From the sequence record PQ471516.1: a stretch of 64,000 nt of DNA, one strand, 5' to 3'. The translations under genes and the position numbers were made by a program. Shown here in pieces: positions 58,421 through 64,000 of the stretch. How positions within the stretch are numbered: the first letter of the stretch is position 1; every line of letters begins with the position of its first letter. A model generated the notes under the pieces. That model saw nothing but the letters and a program-made list of their open reading frames with translations. It made no database searches and had not been told where the DNA came from.

Positions 58421-58520
58421 ATATTCCTCCTTTATTTGTTATATCATATTTACCCAAAATAAAAACCCTTGACACGCTTCTTGGACTAATGTAGAATAGA
58501 AAGAAATTAAGGAGAAATGT

Positions 58521-58766
58521 ATGAACAATTTAACAGATCACTACCAAGAACTTAGTCAAAGTACTAAGAACTATATGAGCTACATGAACGCAGAAGATTT
58601 CGCAGTCTTCCTCGGAAAATTCTGTGCAATCAATACCCTCCAAAAAAGTACCAGTACTACAAGTGTACTTATGTTGAATTGCTTTATAGAGAACATTCTG
58701 GATGAACTTCAAAGCCCAAACGAAAGTAAACGATTCATGAACCTTTTGTTACTGGCATCTATATGA
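58521..58766 (+). CDS. small protein, family H (divergent)
   Basis: AAGGAG SD after a sigma70 promoter. Confidence 0.75.
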   Translation: MNNLTDHYQELSQSTKNYMSYMNAEDFAVFLGKFCAINTLQKSTSTTSVLMLNCFIENILDELQSPNESKRFMNLLLLASI

Positions 58767-58972
58767 CTCAAGAACAAATTATGCAGTATTACCTATGTGC
58801 TATATCAAAAGAACATCTGAATAGCATAGGGCATCAACAAATTATACTTGCAAATGCGAAACGTTCGGCACTTCTGCTTAACTCCATCAGAAATAACCTC
58901 ATAAGGAATTTTCTGGAAGGTAACGAATCTATGCAGTACTATTTCATCTTAACACTACTAATCGAGTACTAA
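58763..58972 (+). CDS. small protein, family H
   Basis: EQIMQYY...YYFILTLLIEY. Confidence 0.75.
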   Translation: MTQEQIMQYYLCAISKEHLNSIGHQQIILANAKRSALLLNSIRNNLIRNFLEGNESMQYYFILTLLIEY

Positions 58973-59176
58973 ATGAATAAAGAACAAATATTTCAGTACT
59001 ACAACAGTTCTCTGTCAAAAGGTCTACAGGAAAGTATAGCAGTTGAGTCTGCAATACTACATAACCTTAATGCAGTAGAATTCACAAACCGAATCACAAG
59101 GCACGCACAAAATGCTTTACAAGGACATGAAACCTTGAGATACTATCACATCATCGTGCTTTGTATGGAGGTATAA
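58973..59176 (+). CDS. small protein, family H
   Basis: EQIFQYY...YYHIIVL. Confidence 0.75.
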   Translation: MNKEQIFQYYNSSLSKGLQESIAVESAILHNLNAVEFTNRITRHAQNALQGHETLRYYHIIVLCMEV

Positions 59177-59184
59177 CAGAACAA

Positions 59185-59376
59185 ATGAATCCAGAACATC
59201 TAGAGTACTACAAGACATTCATGAACCACAAGGATCAGTACAGTTACAATACTGCAATGGGGCATTTCCGTTATCATTCCAATAAAATGCAAAAGCACAC
59301 ACTAACACTATGGACTGTACAAGCACAACGAGACGAACTACGATTGTGTGCTATAATTAAAATCCTGAACATCTAA
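59185..59376 (+). CDS. small protein, family H
   Basis: MNPEHLEYY; GGAGG SD. Confidence 0.75.
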   Translation: MNPEHLEYYKTFMNHKDQYSYNTAMGHFRYHSNKMQKHTLTLWTVQAQRDELRLCAIIKILNI

Positions 59377-59384
59377 GGAACACT

Positions 59385-59576
59385 ATGTACGAGCACAAAG
59401 AACAGTACTTAAACACTCTACCTAAAGATATACAAAGATCATTCCCTTGTGCTCCGTGGGATTTAAACAGTAAATGGGGTTTTATTGAGTTCTATAACGA
59501 TGTATGTATTGTACTGGAAAGTAAGTCCCTCTCAATGCAGTACTGTTCAATCTTGAACCTAATTTTTAAGTACTAA
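59385..59576 (+). CDS. small protein, family H
   Basis: MYEHKEQY..LP...IFKY. Confidence 0.8.
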   Translation: MYEHKEQYLNTLPKDIQRSFPCAPWDLNSKWGFIEFYNDVCIVLESKSLSMQYCSILNLIFKY

Positions 59577-59580
59577 AACT

Positions 59581-59760
59581 ATGCAAACATTCTATACAGA
59601 TAGACTAAGCCTTAGAGATACTTTTATGTACGAAACCTTTGTTAAGTACTATAACTTAGGTACGCATACTACAAAGAATATTAATTTACATCACTGCACA
59701 CACTCAGCAGTACATGACCACGATCCGTACAGATACATCTTAGCCCTTTTAAGTATATAA
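59581..59760 (+). CDS. 59-aa protein, family H-like
   Basis: Hand translation MQTFYTDRLS...YRYILALLSI. Confidence 0.6.
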   Translation: MQTFYTDRLSLRDTFMYETFVKYYNLGTHTTKNINLHHCTHSAVHDHDPYRYILALLSI

Positions 59761-59769
59761 GGAACACTA

Positions 59770-60444
59770 ATGAGACTCAATAATTACAGTAAACAATACC
59801 TAAAGCATTTTAAGTACCTCAAAAGCATACAGGCTGAATCTATTAGCAGCAGCTACGTTTACAGCCCTAATGTACTAAAACAATTAAAGTACAAGAAAGA
59901 AAAATTATCAAAGAACCTCAAAAAGTTTCTTAAGCACAAAGACGCAAAGATTCAGTACTTGAACATTAAAAACGATCATGCAGTACTAAGCCTCAATACA
60001 AGTCTTAAGAATCTGGATAACTCTTCATTTATGCTTGAGTTCAATATCAATGAAAATACTCCAGCAGTTTTTACTATTGCGTATAATAAAGCACAAATCT
60101 TTTTAGGTGCAAAAACCGCACTTAAACTCAGTAAAGCACAATTCTGTTTAGGTGATCAGTACTACGTAGGTATTGTACACATAGAACTCGAAAAAGATAT
60201 GTACTTCGGTAGTACCCACGATAATCCAGAACATAAAGATACTATTGACTTCTTCAGGAATCTCCCTAAAGAGTATTCAGAAGATGAAATGTTCCAGTGG
60301 AGTACTATTATTAAAGACCCACATCTTTGCTACGAAGTGTATAAGAAAGTACAAGGGATTAAACAAATGATTAAAGAAAATAAAAAAATGTACCAACTCT
60401 TGCAGTTCTTAACCGGAGAAAATCTAATTGTTCAAAGACCATAA
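59770..60444 (+). CDS. family F protein with basic N-terminal extension
   Basis: SEDEMFQWSTIIK. Confidence 0.8.
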   Translation: MRLNNYSKQYLKHFKYLKSIQAESISSSYVYSPNVLKQLKYKKEKLSKNLKKFLKHKDAKIQYLNIKNDHAVLSLNTSLKNLDNSSFMLEFNINENTPAVFTIAYNKAQIFLGAKTALKLSKAQFCLGDQYYVGIVHIELEKDMYFGSTHDNPEHKDTIDFFRNLPKEYSEDEMFQWSTIIKDPHLCYEVYKKVQGIKQMIKENKKMYQLLQFLTGENLIVQRP

Positions 60445-60622
60445 AGAGTACTACAGAAATCAACTCCCAAAGGAATGGCAAATAACATTAGAAACTAACC
60501 TAGCACAGATATATACCCAGAAGTTTCTTGCTATGACATGGGAGCACTGCATTGAGTCAGTACTGAATTCTTCAAATGAATCACAATATCTCAATACTCT
60601 TTTACTTGTATATAAATTCTAA
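60428..60622 (+). CDS. small protein, family H
   Basis: DHKEYY..QLP...VYKF; TTG start. Confidence 0.7.
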   Translation: MFKDHKEYYRNQLPKEWQITLETNLAQIYTQKFLAMTWEHCIESVLNSSNESQYLNTLLLVYKF

Positions 60623-60635
60623 AAAGGAATAACAA

Positions 60636-60842
60636 ATGCAATTCCATGAACATATGGAGTACTACAGAAAACAACTACCAGAACCTTTATCGATGATAAT
60701 CGGTTCCAGAAGTTTAATAAGTAATCCCAATTTTCATATGCGTAGTCACTATAAATGTACTGCTTCAATTTGTAATGGAACTGCTTACAATGAACCGAAC
60801 CAGCATCTATACCAAATCCTTAAACTAATATATCAGTACTAA
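60636..60842 (+). CDS. small protein, family H
   Basis: EHMEYY..QLP...LIYQY. Confidence 0.8.
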   Translation: MQFHEHMEYYRKQLPEPLSMIIGSRSLISNPNFHMRSHYKCTASICNGTAYNEPNQHLYQILKLIYQY

Positions 60843-60845
60843 ATC

Positions 60846-61037
60846 ATGCACGAATACAAAGAGTACTACAAAAATAAACTACCAAAATTTCTACAACACC
60901 ATATACCAGATGAAGCACTAGGAATAAATCTGGAGTACACACATATAATGTTCAATCAATGCACTAAAGGATTTCTTACAGATGTTGATGAGCAATGCAG
61001 GGTGTACTATTTCCTCGCACTAATATATAGGTACTAA
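60846..61037 (+). CDS. small protein, family H
   Basis: EYKEYY..KLP...LIYRY. Confidence 0.8.
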   Translation: MHEYKEYYKNKLPKFLQHHIPDEALGINLEYTHIMFNQCTKGFLTDVDEQCRVYYFLALIYRY

Positions 61038-61040
61038 ATC

Positions 61041-61220
61041 ATGCACAACGATTTCTATATACAAAAACTTATCGACGCTGGCCTGGAAAGCTTCCCGTTA
61101 AATCATGTACAAACAAAAGGATTGCACTGGTACTTCATTCCCTGTACTAAAGCATGTATAAACCCCAGCAATTACAAGGATCTATACCACAATATATTAA
61201 TACTCGCATTGAGGTACTAA
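61041..61220 (+). CDS. 59-aa protein, family H
   Basis: Hand translation MHNDFYIQKL...ILALRY. Confidence 0.75.
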   Translation: MHNDFYIQKLIDAGLESFPLNHVQTKGLHWYFIPCTKACINPSNYKDLYHNILILALRY

Positions 61221-61223
61221 ATT

Positions 61224-61406
61224 ATGCAAGAACACCTGGAGTACTACAGAAGCCATCTCCCAAAGAAGGCACAAAGAAACTTCGACCAACAATATATAAA
61301 CCAAAAGAATCAGTTCTATAATGCATTCTATTCGTCTATGAAAACTATTGCTATACAAGGCAAAGACCCGTACTATAGCATCCTGAACATCATCTTCAAG
61401 TACTAA
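61224..61406 (+). CDS. small protein, family H
   Basis: MQEHLEYY..HLP...IFKY. Confidence 0.8.
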   Translation: MQEHLEYYRSHLPKKAQRNFDQQYINQKNQFYNAFYSSMKTIAIQGKDPYYSILNIIFKY

Positions 61407-61409
61407 ATT

Positions 61410-61595
61410 ATGTACAGAGACTTCTATATAAGTAAACTTAATCCTGTACTACAAACTCGTATTCCTCCGGTGAAATTTATCCTCAAAACAAAAGCACAAA
61501 TGTATGAGTTCAAAAAGTGTACAAAAGAAATACTCAGTACTAAAAGTAATAAGAACATATACTATCAAGTACTCGTCCTGACATTTAAGTACTAA
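61410..61595 (+). CDS. small protein, family H
   Basis: MYRDFYISKL...TFKY. Confidence 0.8.
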   Translation: MYRDFYISKLNPVLQTRIPPVKFILKTKAQMYEFKKCTKEILSTKSNKNIYYQVLVLTFKY

Positions 61596-61615
61596 AGTAC
61601 TAAAGGAATAAACAT

Positions 61616-61810
61616 ATGCAACACCAGCACAAATTGTACTATACACAATTTCTTAATCAACAACTACAACAATTTATACCCAATGAACCATTACCATATG
61701 ATCACCCCCTAGGTACACGCGTTTTCAAAAGAACTATTAATGAACTATTGAGTACTACCGACGACGATTCCCTGTACTACTGCTTAATTAAACTTATATA
61801 CAGGCACTAA
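61616..61810 (+). CDS. small protein, family H
   Basis: YYTQFL...LIYRH. Confidence 0.8.
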   Translation: MQHQHKLYYTQFLNQQLQQFIPNEPLPYDHPLGTRVFKRTINELLSTTDDDSLYYCLIKLIYRH

Positions 61811-61811
61811 T

Positions 61812-62006
61812 ATGCAACTCCTGCACAGAGAATACTACACACAATTCCTTAAAGAGAACTACAGAGATTCAGTTCCCGTAACTCCTTTCGACCCAAATAA
61901 CCCAAGTTCAATCTTCCTCTTTAATGACGCAACACGTACTGCACTCTGTACTACCAATAAACATTGGCACTACGCATTTGTACTTATACTTATATACAGA
62001 CACTAA
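61812..62006 (+). CDS. small protein, family H
   Basis: EYYTQFL...LIYRH. Confidence 0.8.
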   Translation: MQLLHREYYTQFLKENYRDSVPVTPFDPNNPSSIFLFNDATRTALCTTNKHWHYAFVLILIYRH

Positions 62007-62015
62007 GGCACTAAC

Positions 62016-62204
62016 ATGAATGAGCACAGAGAGTACTACATAAAGAAACTTCAATTGTACCAACAATCCTCTATACCTGAAGTTCCTTATAATATAAATG
62101 AGCACATTGGAGTAAAGATTAACTATAATAATACAGTACTAGAAATATTAAGTGCGGAAAATATAGATTACTACAATATTATAAAACTAATATATAGGTA
62201 CTAA
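62016..62204 (+). CDS. small protein, family H
   Basis: EHREYYIKKL...LIYRY. Confidence 0.8.
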   Translation: MNEHREYYIKKLQLYQQSSIPEVPYNINEHIGVKINYNNTVLEILSAENIDYYNIIKLIYRY

Positions 62205-62207
62205 ATC

Positions 62208-62393
62208 ATGCAAGAGCACAGAGAGTACTACATAAAGAAACTTCACCCAGACCTACGAGATACTATACCATTCGTTCCTCATAATATAAATGAACCTGTA
62301 GTGCAGTACTACTTTAATATAACAGTACAAGCCGCATTAAGTGAATATAGACTTGAGTACTTCACTGTACTGAAACTTATATATAAGTACTAA
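62208..62393 (+). CDS. small protein, family H
   Basis: EHREYYIKKL...LIYKY. Confidence 0.8.
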   Translation: MQEHREYYIKKLHPDLRDTIPFVPHNINEPVVQYYFNITVQAALSEYRLEYFTVLKLIYKY

Positions 62394-62458
62394 CATATTG
62401 ACATAGAGTACAGGAATGATATACTACATCCTATACAGAATCAATACAGAGATAACAT

Positions 62459-62668
62459 ATGCAAGAACATAAAGATTTCTATGTAAGCCAACTCCCCGTA
62501 CTAGACCAATTCTGGTTAGCTGATTCTACACCTTGTAATACAGATACTAAGTACGGACAACTGTGCTTTATTGAATCTATAAAGAAAGTACTACACCAAG
62601 ATAAAACTAAGTACTGTAAAGAAAAAGACTTGTACTTTAATATAGTAGAACTTACCTTTATGTTCTAG
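62459..62668 (+). CDS. small protein, family H
   Basis: MQEHKDFY..QLP; own sigma70 promoter. Confidence 0.8.
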   Translation: MQEHKDFYVSQLPVLDQFWLADSTPCNTDTKYGQLCFIESIKKVLHQDKTKYCKEKDLYFNIVELTFMF

Positions 62669-63773
62669 TACAGGATAGTATAGGATACTAAGGACTAGAT
62701 GTGTTCCTAGGGAAGCATTATAACAGGCTTTAACATCTCGTAAAGATGTTAAAATTCAGCCTGGACAAATGCGATCACTAGGATTCTATCTAGGCTGAAT
62801 CCCGTAATCACAAGTACGCATATGTAATCATATATAAACATTTCTATAATCATATCCAATCACAGTAGTGATTAGTATTGAGTACTAGAGTACAGGAATG
62901 TGCACGTTTAATCAAGAACGTATCAGAATGATTCAGTACTGTCCTAAAAGTATTCAGTACTGAAGGTGTCGATATGTCACTAAGTAGGCAGAGGAAGTCT
63001 GCCGTACTTTGTAGTTTCCAAGCTCCTTTTCCATTTTGCAAATTACATCAAAAGTAATCAAAAGTAATCACACAATGATTAGTACTGAATTATTACTTTC
63101 ACCTTAATTCCAGTTACCCCTTGAGGCTCCAGCAAAAAGTTGGTTAGTACTCCATCCTAAATCTCGATCCTAAAAATTTTGGAGTACCTATGAAATAAAA
63201 GTTGGATCTTCGAAAATTGAAATTTACGTTGGGATGATTAGGATTTGTGAACTATAATGTAGTTCAAGTTGGAGTACAGAGTGAGAACAATCTAGAGTAC
63301 TGAAAGATGAAATAACATCTTGACAATACAATTCAGTACTGTATAATGTTGTACATAGGGTGAGGGAACAGCGGCAACAGTTCCTTAATCTCAGTATCAT
63401 GTCGTGAGACATTACGCAAGTTATATCCTCCTGTGCATAGTACTGGTGGTTATCTCTTGAACCTCATTTTCTCGTAAACTAAACAGTACTGATATTAACA
63501 GAATGGTAGCAGTACTGATATTAATCTAATGCATTATGCCACCAGCACAAGCTGGTGGATTCCCTCTAACAGTATTCAGTATTACATGATGGTCTTCATC
63601 CTCCTGGGGTAACATAGTGAAGGTTATGATGGCAGTACTGAATACTCCTTTCACAAGATAGATCTATGGTATAGTACTGACGGATTTTGGGCGTAGTTAC
63701 CCTGGGTGGATTTTGGACGTAGATATGTCTAGCCCTCCAGAAGTCTGGAAGTAAAGATGGCTATCCCTCTAGG

Positions 63774-63869
63774 CGGCTGGATGGCTAGATTTCTAGATGG
63801 CTGTATGGCTAGACGTTTGGACGGCTAAACGGCTAGATGGTTACACGTCTGGATGTATAGACGGCTAAA
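63774..63869. repeat. tandem array of 12 degenerate 8-mers, consensus YGGCTAGA
   Basis: cggctgga tggctaga tttctaga tggctgta tggctaga cgtttgga cggctaaa cggctaga tggttaca cgtctgga tgtataga cggctaaa. Confidence 0.85.
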
Positions 63870-64000
63870 TCAAAATTTTTATTTTGTTTTTTCCAATAGT
63901 TCCCCTACCGCGTGGGGATAGTTTCCCCGCAGTATCTGGAGTTAGATTTTTCTGAATCTGGAATCATTATCTTATAAACTGGGGGCAATGTCAACGGCCT

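Overview
Intron- and tRNA-bearing segment of a large AT-rich lytic dsDNA phage genome. It looks like an enterobacterial jumbo myovirus; this is inferred from denV, T4-like TATAAATA late promoters, sigma70 early promoters and dense small ORFs, and no database search was run. Layout: (1) 0.2-4.4 kb: tRNA cluster with Gly, two Ser, a D-arm-less Arg(TCT)-like RNA, a CAT tRNA (probably Ile2) split by a 230-nt group I intron and followed by a free-standing HNH endonuclease, Asn, two Thr, and several structured non-coding spacers. (2) 4.4-42.7 kb: mostly + strand accessory genes in several paralog families, including a sigma70-family factor, an HslV-like peptidase, a PD-(D/E)XK nuclease, a kinase-like protein, DenV, an AAA ATPase and a GIY-YIG-like endonuclease. 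This stretch also holds ten copies of a fused terminator/promoter hairpin and a ~470-nt structured non-coding region after the sigma gene. (3) 42.7-58.4 kb: a minus-strand array of 13 beta-propeller genes (12 RCC1/BLIP-II-like, 1 Kelch) that share a ~12-aa N-terminal tag and are separated by a repeated terminator-promoter-SD unit. (4) 58.5-62.7 kb: about 17 tandem ~60-aa paralogs. (5) 62.7-64 kb: non-coding, with a 12x8-bp tandem array. The palindrome AGTACT is strongly over-represented wherever it was counted. All counts and pairings were made by eye.
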